Positions 36,311 through 45,580 are shown, counted from the stretch's first letter. The stretch: DNA of 64,000 nucleotides from Novilysobacter viscosus (GCF_046600715.1 NZ_JBJMAV010000001.1:149980-213979); one strand, 5' to 3'. Translations and numbers: made by a program. The notes: generated by a model not told the origin, from the letters alone.

Positions 36311-38292
36311 GCGCCGGTTTCCAGCAGGCTGCTGATCCGCCGGCCCAGGTAGGCCAGGTACATGTCGATGTAGCTGATGCCGTTGGCGTGGTCGACCAGG
36401 TAAGGGTTCATCAGCGTATGCCGCAGGATCACCAGCCGGTCGTTGTCATTGCCGCCGTCGGGGTCCAGGGTGCCGGGGTCGAGCCCGATCGAGCCCAGGA
36501 TCCGCCGCATCTCGACGTCGCCCACCGCCTCGGGTCGCAGCGTGGTCATTGATCCGAAGAACTGCTTGAGCTGGAGCGGCTGGCGCGGGTCGCAACGCAG
36601 CTCGTCGTGGATCCTGCGCACGAACGCATTGGCCACCGACAGGTCGGCATTGCCCGCCGGGTTGATCGCCAGGCAGACCAGGTTGCTGTCGGGCGCGAAG
36701 GGCACGGCCACCCGTGCCACGCCCTCCAGCTCGCGGGCCAGCCCCAGTGCCGCTTCGTGCAGCGCCTCGGCCGCGAGCACGGTCTGCCGCGGCAGGTGTC
36801 CGAAGTTGAGGTGGTCCAGCGGCAGCACCTTGTGGGTGACATAGACCGCGGCCGCCGCCGCGCCGGACTTGGAGCCTTCGGGTACGAACTGGCCGAGCTG
36901 GCGATAGCGGGTGAGGTAGTTCCGGGCCGGATCCGGGTCGGCCGGGCCTTCGCGGAACACATAGTCCGCCGCTTCCGACAGCAGCGCGGTGGCGCGATGG
37001 TCACGGCAGATGAAGGCGCCGGCCCCGTAGGGCAGGTAGCCCAGTTTGTGCGGATCGACGGTGACCGAATCGGTCCGCCCCAGTGCGGCGAACGCGGCGT
37101 GTACCTCGGGCAACGGGAAGCGTGCGAAGTCCTCGCGCACCTCGTCGAGACCACGCAGGCTGCCATCGGGATTGCGGAACAGCGTGGCGAGATAACCACC
37201 CCATGCACCGTCCACGTGCACGCTGAAGCCCAGGCCCATACGCAGCGCGCGTTCCCGGGCGTCTACCACCGCGTCGACGGGATCGACCGTGCCGTACTCG
37301 GTGGTGCCCAGCACGGCTACCGCCAGCAGCACCGGCTGGCGCTCGCGCTCGCATCGCTGCAGCGTCGATTCGAGTGCGTCCGCATCCAGGCGCATGCCGC
37401 GCTCGGGCAACAGTTCGAGCTGGTCGCGACCGAGCCCGAGCAGCTTCAATCCCTTGCTCCAGGAATAGTGCGCAGTGATCGGTGCCAGCACCTTCGGCAC
37501 CCGCAGGTCCGGGTGGCGGGCGAAGAACCCGACCATGCCGAGGTGTTCCAGCCGCTCGGCCTGCACCGCCTCCCGCCAGCGCCTGCGGTCGCGGGGCGAC
37601 TGCGCGGCGAGCCAGTCCTGCCACTGCACCACCAGCCCGGTACCGGCATCGGGGCCGGTGTTGAACACGGACCAGTCATCGCCGGGAAGCTCGATGTCCG
37701 GTACGCCTGCCGCCCGCAACGCGACCGGGAACGCCTTCAGCGCGAGCGCCAGCCGCAGTGCCTGGTAGTTGGCGACGGTACCGCCGGAGGTGAGGTGTCC
37801 GAAGGCGCAGTCGGGCTGCGCGGGATCGTTCGGGTAGCCCAGCATGCGCGCCAGTTGCAGGCCGACCTGGACTTCCAGGTCGATCGTGACGGGCGCGGCA
37901 TCTTCGCTGACGTTGTTGGGGTTGTAGGGCAGGGTGAGGATCTGTGCGGCCAGCCCGGGCAGCAACAGGTCGGACGCCATGTGGCCGATGTAGCGGGGGC
38001 TGTGGAACGGCACCGACCTCTTGAGCGAGGCCGACAGCTGGTGGAGCTCGCGCCGAAGCCGGGCCTCGAAGGCCTGGTACCCGGGCTGTTGCGCGGCGTG
38101 GGTCGGGATCGCCGGCGGATCCTCGGGATGGAAGTTGCGGCGCCAGTAGACGTGGTCGCGCAGGAACTCCACCACCAGCTTCTCCAGCATGGTGTCGTTC
38201 TCGCCGTACGGGCCGAGGAACAGGGCGTCCAGCATGCCCCGGTCAGGGTCGCTCCCGGCGCGGCTCGTCGATGGGGGCAGCGGGCCGGACAT
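36307..38292 (-). CDS. group II PLP-dependent amino-acid decarboxylase
   Basis: SPRYIGHMASD...TLPYNPNNVSEDAAPVTIDLE, HLTSGGTVANYQAL, HVDGAWGG and VDPHKLGYLPYGAG (PLP-Lys) match the DDC/GAD/CSAD family. Start is uncertain (38292 or 38235). Confidence 0.7.
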   Translation of the reverse strand: MSGPLPPSTSRAGSDPDRGMLDALFLGPYGENDTMLEKLVVEFLRDHVYWRRNFHPEDPPAIPTHAAQQPGYQAFEARLRRELHQLSASLKRSVPFHSPRYIGHMASDLLLPGLAAQILTLPYNPNNVSEDAAPVTIDLEVQVGLQLARMLGYPNDPAQPDCAFGHLTSGGTVANYQALRLALALKAFPVALRAAGVPDIELPGDDWSVFNTGPDAGTGLVVQWQDWLAAQSPRDRRRWREAVQAERLEHLGMVGFFARHPDLRVPKVLAPITAHYSWSKGLKLLGLGRDQLELLPERGMRLDADALESTLQRCERERQPVLLAVAVLGTTEYGTVDPVDAVVDARERALRMGLGFSVHVDGAWGGYLATLFRNPDGSLRGLDEVREDFARFPLPEVHAAFAALGRTDSVTVDPHKLGYLPYGAGAFICRDHRATALLSEAADYVFREGPADPDPARNYLTRYRQLGQFVPEGSKSGAAAAAVYVTHKVLPLDHLNFGHLPRQTVLAAEALHEAALGLARELEGVARVAVPFAPDSNLVCLAINPAGNADLSVANAFVRRIHDELRCDPRQPLQLKQFFGSMTTLRPEAVGDVEMRRILGSIGLDPGTLDPDGGNDNDRLVILRHTLMNPYLVDHANGISYIDMYLAYLGRRISSLLETGA

Positions 38293-38299
38293 CGCGACG

Positions 38300-38701
38300 T
38301 CAGCCGAGCAGGCCATGCCCGAACCCCAGCGGATGGTGGGCCCTGGCGATGCTGTAGACCATGCCGAAGGTGGCCAGGGCGGCGACGTAGAAGCCGGCGC
38401 GCGCCCCGCGGGTGCGGCCACGGCGAAGTGCGAGCACGCCGAAGACCACGTACACCACCAGCAGCACCAGCTTGGCGGCGAGCCAGCCATTGGAGAACAG
38501 CGCGCCGGGCAGGATCGTCAGCAGCATCAGTGCCGCGGTGAGCAGGGTGGTGTCGATGCCGTAACTGGTCCAGCGCACGGCGGTCCACTGGGGCCAACGC
38601 ATGCCTGCCAGCGAGGCGCCGCCGCGCAACGCGAACAGCAGGCCGCTGGCCACCGCCATCATGATGTGGACGTGCTTGATCTGCGGGTAGAACTCGATCA
38701 C
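38300..38701 (-). CDS. SirB2 (YchQ)-family small membrane protein
   Basis: MIEFYPQIKHVHIMMAV... resembles SirB2. 133 aa, 4 TM. Confidence 0.55.
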   Translation of the reverse strand: MIEFYPQIKHVHIMMAVASGLLFALRGGASLAGMRWPQWTAVRWTSYGIDTTLLTAALMLLTILPGALFSNGWLAAKLVLLVVYVVFGVLALRRGRTRGARAGFYVAALATFGMVYSIARAHHPLGFGHGLLG

Positions 38702-38732
38702 GGGAAGCTTCCTTGGAGTACGGGCCGAGCGG

Positions 38733-39965
38733 TCAGCCGGGACGGCCGTCGATGCGGGGGGTCAGGTAGATGGCGCCGATGCGCACCACCCAGGGGGCGA
38801 ACGCCAGCAGCCAGCCGACTGCGGCCGCCGCCTGCCACGCCATGCCGTCGGGCGCGGCTTCGGCCACCACGCGCGTCACCGCGACCAGCTGGATGGCCAC
38901 GAAGGCGAACCAGGCGGTCGGCGACATTTCCAGCGCGCGGCCGGAGTGGCCCTGGGTGACACGGGTCACCATCGCCACCAGCACGCTGCCGAAGAAGCCG
39001 ATGAACAATGCATGCGCGGGGCCACGGCCCAGCCAGTACACGCCGGTCAACTCGTAGGCGATGCTCTGGCCGACATAGAGCGCGAACGCCAGCGGAAGCC
39101 AGGCCATGCCGACGAACAGCACCGCCAGGATCCCCGGCTTGGGACCACGCGGCCACCAGCGCCACAGCATCAGTCCGGTCAGGCCCAGCAGCGGCAGGTC
39201 GACCACCCACAGCCAGCCGTAGGCGTGGAAGAGTTCAAGCACCAAATGGGCCAGCGACAGGGGCCAGAACGCACCGAGCAGCCACATCGGCCGCCACGCC
39301 GTGTATCCGGGCACCACGCGGCCGGCAAAGAACGGGAACATGCGGTGTGCCACGGTCATGTAGACCGGGAGAAGCAACCCGAACGTGCCCATCTTGATGC
39401 TGGCGAACGCCCACAGCGGGGATGCCCCCAGCACGAACGCGGTCCATGCGAGGACACCGCAGAAGCCGAGCACCAGCGCGCCGAAGCATGAGCGCGCATG
39501 CCAGGTCACGCCCTGTTCGCGCCACAGCACCGGCGCAAGCGTGAGCAGGCCTGCCAGCCAGCCGGCCATGGTCATCAGCAGGCCCACGGTGATGCCGGCG
39601 TCCCAGCCGATCGCACCCAGCAGCGTCGCCAGTTGTCCGCCGAACAGACCAAGCCCGACGGGCACGTAGCGCCAGCGGTCGAAGTCCGGCTGGCCGGTCC
39701 ATTTCGGGAAGGTGGTGAGCAGGAAGCCGAAGAAGAAGCTGGGCAGCATCTGGTATTGCATGACGAACGCATGCAGCCAGCCCGCGGGCTGCGCAGGTTG
39801 CGGCAGCGCCATGCCCGGCCAGCGTGCCGATGCGAGCCATGCGGCCCACCACGCCATGGCCAGCAACAGGTTGGTGGCGCCGATGAAGAACATCAGGCGG
39901 TGTGGAGCCTGGCCAAGCACGGCGGGCGAAATCTTCCGGGACGGCGGGGACGTGGTGTTCTGCAT
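38733..39965 (-). CDS. nnrS: NnrS-family heme-copper membrane protein (NO-stress response)
   Basis: 410 aa with about 12 TM and conserved His-rich helices. Internal start MQNTTSPP. The upstream 423 aa of the 833-aa ORF overlap norB out of frame and were rejected. Confidence 0.8.
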   Translation of the reverse strand: MQNTTSPPSRKISPAVLGQAPHRLMFFIGATNLLLAMAWWAAWLASARWPGMALPQPAQPAGWLHAFVMQYQMLPSFFFGFLLTTFPKWTGQPDFDRWRYVPVGLGLFGGQLATLLGAIGWDAGITVGLLMTMAGWLAGLLTLAPVLWREQGVTWHARSCFGALVLGFCGVLAWTAFVLGASPLWAFASIKMGTFGLLLPVYMTVAHRMFPFFAGRVVPGYTAWRPMWLLGAFWPLSLAHLVLELFHAYGWLWVVDLPLLGLTGLMLWRWWPRGPKPGILAVLFVGMAWLPLAFALYVGQSIAYELTGVYWLGRGPAHALFIGFFGSVLVAMVTRVTQGHSGRALEMSPTAWFAFVAIQLVAVTRVVAEAAPDGMAWQAAAAVGWLLAFAPWVVRIGAIYLTPRIDGRPG

Positions 39966-40000
39966 GTCGACAGGATGAAGGTTGGTGGCGTGCAGGTCAT

Positions 40001-40014
40001 TGATTTGGATCACG
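40001..40014. promoter_or_regulatory. FNR/NNR box TTGATttggATCAc upstream of nnrS
   Basis: 9/10 match to TTGAT-N4-ATCAA, centred about 42 bp upstream of the nnrS ATG. Confidence 0.6.
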
Positions 40015-40046
40015 GGTGCCACGGATGACCGGGGTCGGCGGCGCGG

Positions 40047-40081
40047 CCGGCCCCAAGAAAAAGGGCGGCCACGTGGCCGCC
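40047..40081 (-). terminator. rho-independent terminator downstream of norB
   Basis: GGGCGGCCACGTGGCCGCCC perfect hairpin followed by TTTTTCTT on the minus strand (an A5 run on the plus side, so potentially bidirectional). Confidence 0.7.
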
Positions 40082-40102
40082 CTTTTCCTGTCCAACATCC
40101 GG

Positions 40103-42430
40103 TCAGCCGGACTGGATCTCCGACCCGTGCTCCCCGGGCTCCTCCAGCTTCGGCTTCACCCAGAGGCGCAGCACGAAGTAGATCAGGGCCAGGGCGCCGA
40201 TGCTGAAGATCGTGTCGCCGGGCACCCGCATCCACACCAGCAGGTCGACGATGGGCTTCTGCATGAACTCCGCCGAGCGGGCATACCAGTAGCCATGCTC
40301 GATCGCCGCCAGCAGCTGCATCGTGCCCAGCGGCAGCAGCGTGAGCACCGCCATCAGTGCCAGGCCGATGTTGAGCGACCAGAAGCTGATGCGCAGCGCC
40401 TTCTCGTTCCACACCTGGTTGGGTCGCAGGCCGCGCATGCAGAACAGCACCAGCGCGATGCCGAGCATGCCGTACACCCCGAACAGCGCGGTGTGGCCGT
40501 GCAGCGGCGTCAGGTTGAGGCCCTGCATGTAGTAAAGCGAGAGCGGCGGGTTGATGAGGAAGCCGAACAGGCCCGCACCCACCAGGTTCCAGAACGACAC
40601 CGACAGGAAGAAGAAGATCGGCCAGCGGTAGCGTTGCATCCACGGCGTGGCCTTGCCAAGCCTGTAGGTGTGGTACGCCTCGAAGCCGATGTAGGCCAGC
40701 GGCACCACTTCCAGGGCACTGAAGCTCGCGCCCAGCGCAATCACCGCGGTCGGGCTGCCGACGAAGTACAGGTGGTGCAGGGTGCCCAGCACGCCGCCGG
40801 TCATGAACACGATGGTGGCGAACAGCACCGCCACCGACGCGGTCGACGCGCGCAGCAGGCCCAGCTTGGTGAAGATCAGTGCCATCACCGCGGTGGCGAA
40901 CACTTCGAAGAAGCCTTCCACCCACAGGTGCACCAGCCACCAGCGCCAGTACTCGACGATCGAGATGTGGGTGTGTTCGCGCCACATCAGGCCGGCGGCG
41001 AAGAACACGCCGATGGCGACCGTGGACAGGAACAGCAGCCCGACGATGGATTTGGTGTCGGTCTTCGGACCGGTCAGCACCGGCCACAACGCACGGCCCA
41101 CCATCGTCAGCCACAGCAACAGGCCGATGAACAGGAACCACTGCCAGAAGCGGCCGATGTCGGCGTACTCCCAGCCCTGGTGGCCGAACCAGAAGTTGTT
41201 GGCGATGCCGAGCTTCTGCATCACCGCGAACCATTGCCCGGCGAACGCGCCGACGACGATGATCACGAGGCAGGCGAACAGGAAGTTGACGCCCAGCCGC
41301 TGGAAGCGCGGTTCATGGCCCGACAGCGCCGGTCCGATGTAAAGGCCCGTGCCCAGCCACGCAACCGCGATCCACAGCACCGCCAATTGCGTGTGCCAGG
41401 TGCGGGTGATCGAGTACGGCAGGATTTCCGAAAGCTGGAACCCGTAGGCTTGCTGGCCTTCGATCTGGTAATGCGCGGTCATCGCGCCGAACAGGATCTG
41501 CACCAGGAACAATGCCAGCACCAGCCAGAAATACTTGGCCGTGGCCCGCATCGAGGGCGTGACCTTGAGTGCGGCCAGGGGATCCCGGTCGGGGATGCGG
41601 TGGCCGTCGTCATGGCCGTGGGTCACGGCATGGTGCCAACCCAGCAGCGCGATACCGGCGATCAGGAACAGCACGCTGAAGGCCGACCACACCCACGTGC
41701 TCGGCGGCGGCGTGTTGCCGACCAGCGGCTCGCCGGGCCAGTTGTTGGTGTAGGTGACGCGCTTCTCGGCGATGCCCGGACGGTCCGGTGCCACCGTCTC
41801 CGACACGCCTACGTGGCGCTCGGTCGTCGCCGCCCATGCGGTCCACCAGAAGAACGAGGCCAGTGCACGGCGATGCTCGGCATCGGGCACCGTGTTGTTC
41901 TTCATCGCGTAGGCTTCGCGCAGCTCCGCGGTGGCCGGGTCGTTGCCGAACAGGCTCTCGTAATGCGCCGACACGTTGGACATCGCCACCACCCGGTCCA
42001 TGTCCAGGGTGATCGTGCCGGTCGCCGGGTCGTAGGTGTTCTCGCGCATCATTTCCTGCAGGCGGCCCTGCAGGGAAGCGCGGTCACCGGCCGGAAGCTG
42101 CTCGTATGTCGCCATGCCGCCATCGGCACGCGCCCACATGTTGAGGATCTCGATGGCCTCGCGGTGCAGCCAGTCCGCGCTCCAGTCCGGGGCGACGTAG
42201 GCGCCGTGGCCCCAGATGGAACCCAACTGCATGCCGCCGGTGGTCTGCCAGACCTGGCGACCCCGCTCCATGTCGGCACGCGTGTAGATGACGGTGCCGT
42301 CCTGGGCCACCACCTGCTCCGGCATCGGAGGCTTGTACCGGTTGATTTCGCCGCCGGACCACAGCAGCACGCTGAACGATGCAATGAGCAGGACGGCAAG
42401 TCCTATCCAAAGCCTTCTTGTATTCCCCAT
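40103..42430 (-). CDS. norB: quinol-dependent nitric-oxide reductase (qNor, single-subunit NorB/NorZ)
   Basis: 775 aa: N-terminal periplasmic extension plus a 12+ TM heme-copper-oxidase-like core with conserved His. Confidence 0.9.
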   Translation of the reverse strand: MGNTRRLWIGLAVLLIASFSVLLWSGGEINRYKPPMPEQVVAQDGTVIYTRADMERGRQVWQTTGGMQLGSIWGHGAYVAPDWSADWLHREAIEILNMWARADGGMATYEQLPAGDRASLQGRLQEMMRENTYDPATGTITLDMDRVVAMSNVSAHYESLFGNDPATAELREAYAMKNNTVPDAEHRRALASFFWWTAWAATTERHVGVSETVAPDRPGIAEKRVTYTNNWPGEPLVGNTPPPSTWVWSAFSVLFLIAGIALLGWHHAVTHGHDDGHRIPDRDPLAALKVTPSMRATAKYFWLVLALFLVQILFGAMTAHYQIEGQQAYGFQLSEILPYSITRTWHTQLAVLWIAVAWLGTGLYIGPALSGHEPRFQRLGVNFLFACLVIIVVGAFAGQWFAVMQKLGIANNFWFGHQGWEYADIGRFWQWFLFIGLLLWLTMVGRALWPVLTGPKTDTKSIVGLLFLSTVAIGVFFAAGLMWREHTHISIVEYWRWWLVHLWVEGFFEVFATAVMALIFTKLGLLRASTASVAVLFATIVFMTGGVLGTLHHLYFVGSPTAVIALGASFSALEVVPLAYIGFEAYHTYRLGKATPWMQRYRWPIFFFLSVSFWNLVGAGLFGFLINPPLSLYYMQGLNLTPLHGHTALFGVYGMLGIALVLFCMRGLRPNQVWNEKALRISFWSLNIGLALMAVLTLLPLGTMQLLAAIEHGYWYARSAEFMQKPIVDLLVWMRVPGDTIFSIGALALIYFVLRLWVKPKLEEPGEHGSEIQSG

Positions 42431-42485
42431 CGAGGCATCTCCGTGAATGGCTGCATCATGCTCGCGGTTGGCGCGGTCAACCGCG

Positions 42486-42499
42486 TTGACTCAGGTCAA
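42486..42499. promoter_or_regulatory. NNR/DNR-type box TTGACtcagGTCAA upstream of norB
   Basis: Perfect palindrome, 56 bp upstream of the norB ATG. Confidence 0.65.
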
Positions 42500-42662
42500 G
42501 TTTCGTCAGGACGATTCTGCCAACCAGGCCCGCGCTGTCAGGAACCGGGCCCCAGCGCCACGTGCAGCCGTGTGCATCGCAGCGCAGCGCGGCGCTGCGC
42601 GGACCATGGTCGGCCGTGTCCCGGGAGCGGGAAAGTGACTTCCGCGTTGTTACGGCCGGCGC

Positions 42663-43415
42663 TCAGGCGCGCAGGACGGGCTCGGCGAGTTCTTCGAGCT
42701 TCGGGCGGTCCAGCAGCTCAAGTTCGCGCCGATCCACGACCAGCAGGCCGTCCTTCTGGAAGCGGCGCAGCACCCGGCTGACGGTTTCCGGCGCCAATCG
42801 GAGGTAGTTGGCGATGTCGGTGCGCGCCATGGTCAGCTGGAAGCGGTTGGGCGAAAACCCGCGCGCGGCGAGCCGGCGTGCCATGCCGACCAGGAACGCG
42901 GCCATGCGCTGGTCGGCCGTCCAGTCGCCGGCCAGCAGCGCTGCCCTGCCGATGTCGCGGCTCAACAGCCGGAACAGGTGCTTCTGCAGCCCCGGCAACC
43001 GGGATGCAAGCACCGCGATCTTGGGGAACGAGAACCGGCACAGCATCGCCGTGTCCAACGCCACCGCGTTGCAGGGGTAGGTCTCGCCGTCGATCGCATC
43101 CAGCCCGATCACTTCACCGGGCAGGTAGAAGCCCAGCACGTGTTCCCGGCCGTCGCGGTCGATCACGTAGGTCTTGACGGTGCCGGCGCGGACCGCGGCG
43201 ATCGCCTCGAAGGGATCACCCACCCGGAAGATGTGGTCGCCGGCATGGAACGGGCCGACGTGCTCGACCAGCACGTGCAGGTCCATCAGCGAGCGCTTGT
43301 CCATGCCCTCGGCCATGCAGGCCTGGGAAAACGCGCAGGTCGAGCAGAACGAGAACTCGTCGCCGTCGTCGGAGAGCGTGCGCTCGTCCTGGCGGGGAAA
43401 CGCGGTCGGCTTCAC
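42663..43415 (-). CDS. fnr: FNR/ANR-type global anaerobic regulator (4Fe-4S Cys cluster present)
   Basis: N-terminal CSTCAFSQAC...C cluster, cNMP-like domain and C-terminal HTH (ANYLRLAPETVSRVLRRFQ). 250 aa. Confidence 0.85.
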   Translation of the reverse strand: MKPTAFPRQDERTLSDDGDEFSFCSTCAFSQACMAEGMDKRSLMDLHVLVEHVGPFHAGDHIFRVGDPFEAIAAVRAGTVKTYVIDRDGREHVLGFYLPGEVIGLDAIDGETYPCNAVALDTAMLCRFSFPKIAVLASRLPGLQKHLFRLLSRDIGRAALLAGDWTADQRMAAFLVGMARRLAARGFSPNRFQLTMARTDIANYLRLAPETVSRVLRRFQKDGLLVVDRRELELLDRPKLEELAEPVLRA

Positions 43416-43434
43416 GCGCGCCCCCGGGGCGATG

Positions 43435-44832
43435 TCAGATCGCTCGGGAGAAGCGGGGCGCGGCCGGGACGGGGGACGGGTCGAGGTATCGGTCGAAGCA
43501 CATCGCTATGTTACGCAGCAACAGCCGTCCGCGCGAGGTGGCGACGATCCTGCGCTCCTCGACCCGGACCAGCCCGTCCTCCATGAGCGGGTGGAGCCGG
43601 TCCAGCGCGTCGGCGAAGTACTCGCCGAAATTGATCAGGTAGCGGCGTTCCAGCGCGTCGATGGGGATCTGGCCCTGGCACATCAGGCTCTGGATCAGGT
43701 CGGCGCGCAGCTGGTCGTCCTCGCTCAGTCGCATGCCGCGGAAGACCGGCAGGCGGCCCTCGTCAAGCGCGATCTGCCAGCTGGGCAGGTCGCGCGGGTT
43801 CTGGCTGAAGCTGTCGCCGATATGGCTGATCGCGCTCACCCCGAGCCCGATCAGGTCGGTGTCGGCGTGGGTGGTATAGCCCATGAAATTGCGGTGCAGT
43901 CCGCCGCGCGCCTGCGCTGTGGCGAGGTCGTCGTCCGGCAGCGCGAAGTGGTCCATGCCGATGTAGGAATAGCCCGCGCCGGTGAGCTTCTCGATGGCCA
44001 GTTGCAACAGCGCCAGTTTTACTTCCGGTGCCGGCAGGTCAGCTTCCCCTATCTGGCGCTGCGGCTTGAACATGGCCGGCAGGTGGGCGTAGCTGTACAC
44101 CGCCAGCCGGTCCGGGCGGGCCTGGACCACGGTATCCAGCGTGCGCGAGAACCCTTCGAGGTTCTGCTTGGGCAGGCCGTAGATCAGGTCGACATTGACC
44201 GATCGGAAGCCATGCTCGCGGCAGGCATCGATGATCGCCACCGTCTCCTCGACGCTCTGGATGCGGTTGACCGCCTGCTGCACCACCGGGTCGAAATCCT
44301 GCACGCCAAGGCTGGCGCGATTGAAGCCGATGGCGGCCAGTTCACCCACCTCGGCCGGCGTGATGAAGCGCGGATCCAGCTCGATCGACAGGTCGCGGTC
44401 GCGCGACTCGGAGAAGTGGAACTGGCTGCGCAGGGTTTCCACCACCTCGCCCAGCTGGGCCGGCGAGAGGAAGTTGGGCGTGCCGCCGCCGAAATGGAGC
44501 TGGATCACCTCGCGGTCGCGGTCGAACAGCTCGGCCATCATCGCGATCTCGCGGTACAGGCGGACCAGGTAGGTTTCGCCCCGCGCCAGGTCACGGGTGA
44601 TGATCCGGTTGCAGCCGCAGTAGAAGCACGGGCTCATGCAGAACGGCACGTGCACGTACAGCGAGAGCCGGCGCGGAATGGGGTCGCCATTGCTGGCGGC
44701 TACCGTATCGCGCAATTCACGCTCCCCGAAGCCGGCGTGGAACTGCGGCGCGGTGGGGTAGGAGGTGTAGCGCGGACCGGGCCGGTCATAGCGACGGAGC
44801 AGGCCGGGGTCGAATTGGGCGGTAGCGATCAT
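43435..44832 (-). CDS. hemN: oxygen-independent coproporphyrinogen III oxidase (radical SAM)
   Basis: MIATAQFDPGLLRRYDRPGPRYTSYPTAPQF is the canonical HemN N-terminus. CxxxCxxC radical-SAM motif (CMSPCFYCGC). 465 aa. Confidence 0.9.
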   Translation of the reverse strand: MIATAQFDPGLLRRYDRPGPRYTSYPTAPQFHAGFGERELRDTVAASNGDPIPRRLSLYVHVPFCMSPCFYCGCNRIITRDLARGETYLVRLYREIAMMAELFDRDREVIQLHFGGGTPNFLSPAQLGEVVETLRSQFHFSESRDRDLSIELDPRFITPAEVGELAAIGFNRASLGVQDFDPVVQQAVNRIQSVEETVAIIDACREHGFRSVNVDLIYGLPKQNLEGFSRTLDTVVQARPDRLAVYSYAHLPAMFKPQRQIGEADLPAPEVKLALLQLAIEKLTGAGYSYIGMDHFALPDDDLATAQARGGLHRNFMGYTTHADTDLIGLGVSAISHIGDSFSQNPRDLPSWQIALDEGRLPVFRGMRLSEDDQLRADLIQSLMCQGQIPIDALERRYLINFGEYFADALDRLHPLMEDGLVRVEERRIVATSRGRLLLRNIAMCFDRYLDPSPVPAAPRFSRAI

Positions 44833-44866
44833 GCGTGCAGGCTATGGCGCTGCCTGCGCGGGTGCC

Positions 44867-44880
44867 TTGATCTCGGTCAA
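44867..44880. promoter_or_regulatory. FNR box TTGATctcgGTCAA upstream of hemN
   Basis: Centred 41.5 bp upstream of the hemN ATG. Confidence 0.65.
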
Positions 44881-44904
44881 ACCCCGCCGTCAGGCGGGCA
44901 AGGC

Positions 44905-45498
44905 TCAGGCTGCCTGGTCGCTGGGCAGCGACTTGTCGAGACGGGCATACCACTCGCCGCCGTCGGGGACGAACATCGAACAGGCCTGCATCGGCCCCTT
45001 GTAGATGTGCACCGAGACCGCCACCGCGTCCTGGCGGGTGTTGCGGATGGTGTGGTACTCGTGCGGCGGGATCAGGCTGCCGGCGCTGCCGGGCCCGGCG
45101 ACCATGCCGCCGGCGGCGCGGAAGCGGAAACGCTCCCCATCACGCTCCAGCAGTTCGTACTGGGTGATCTCGAGTTCCCCGTCCCACACCCCTTCAACGC
45201 ACCACAGGCCGCAGTGGTCGTGGACGGGGGTGCCCTGGCCCGGGCCCCAGGTCATCGCCACGACGCTATAGCCCAGTTCGGGGCTGCGGTAGATCTCGCG
45301 GCGTGCGTAGTGGTCCTCGAGCGGGTCGTACACGCACGCCGGCAGGCGGACGTCGCGGTCGCGGATCATCCGGCACAGGGTGTTGCGCAGCGCGGAGGTG
45401 ATGGCGTGCTGGTCGCCCGCGGAGACGGCCAGGTCGAGCGCGTGGACCAGCTTGTCGTGGCCGGGGAAGTCGATGTCGGGCAGGGCGGCGGCGTTCAT
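44905..45498 (-). CDS. cupin-fold cysteine-dioxygenase-type-I-like protein
   Basis: Start MNAAALPDIDF. Cupin His motifs (PVHDHCGLWCVEGVWDGE...HEYHTIRN). 197 aa. The upstream 110 aa of the ORF were rejected. Confidence 0.55.
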   Translation of the reverse strand: MNAAALPDIDFPGHDKLVHALDLAVSAGDQHAITSALRNTLCRMIRDRDVRLPACVYDPLEDHYARREIYRSPELGYSVVAMTWGPGQGTPVHDHCGLWCVEGVWDGELEITQYELLERDGERFRFRAAGGMVAGPGSAGSLIPPHEYHTIRNTRQDAVAVSVHIYKGPMQACSMFVPDGGEWYARLDKSLPSDQAA

Positions 45499-45580
45499 GC
45501 GGCTGATTTTACGCCGGTGCGGTCCCCGCTGCCGGCCGTGGGTGTCCAGAGCGTCCGCCGCACCCGTTTCGCCACCTCGG

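Noticed and set aside
39966-41234. N-terminal 423 codons of the 833-aa ORF extending nnrS
   Set aside because: This stretch overlaps norB on the same strand in another frame. The sequence is Arg/His/Pro junk, and a conserved NnrS start with an NNR box lies downstream.
36307-45498. A hypotaurine pathway (cysteine dioxygenase plus sulfinoalanine decarboxylase)
   Set aside because: The two genes are 8 kb apart in different operons, and substrate specificity cannot be read from sequence. It is mentioned only as a weak idea under the nnrS operon finding.
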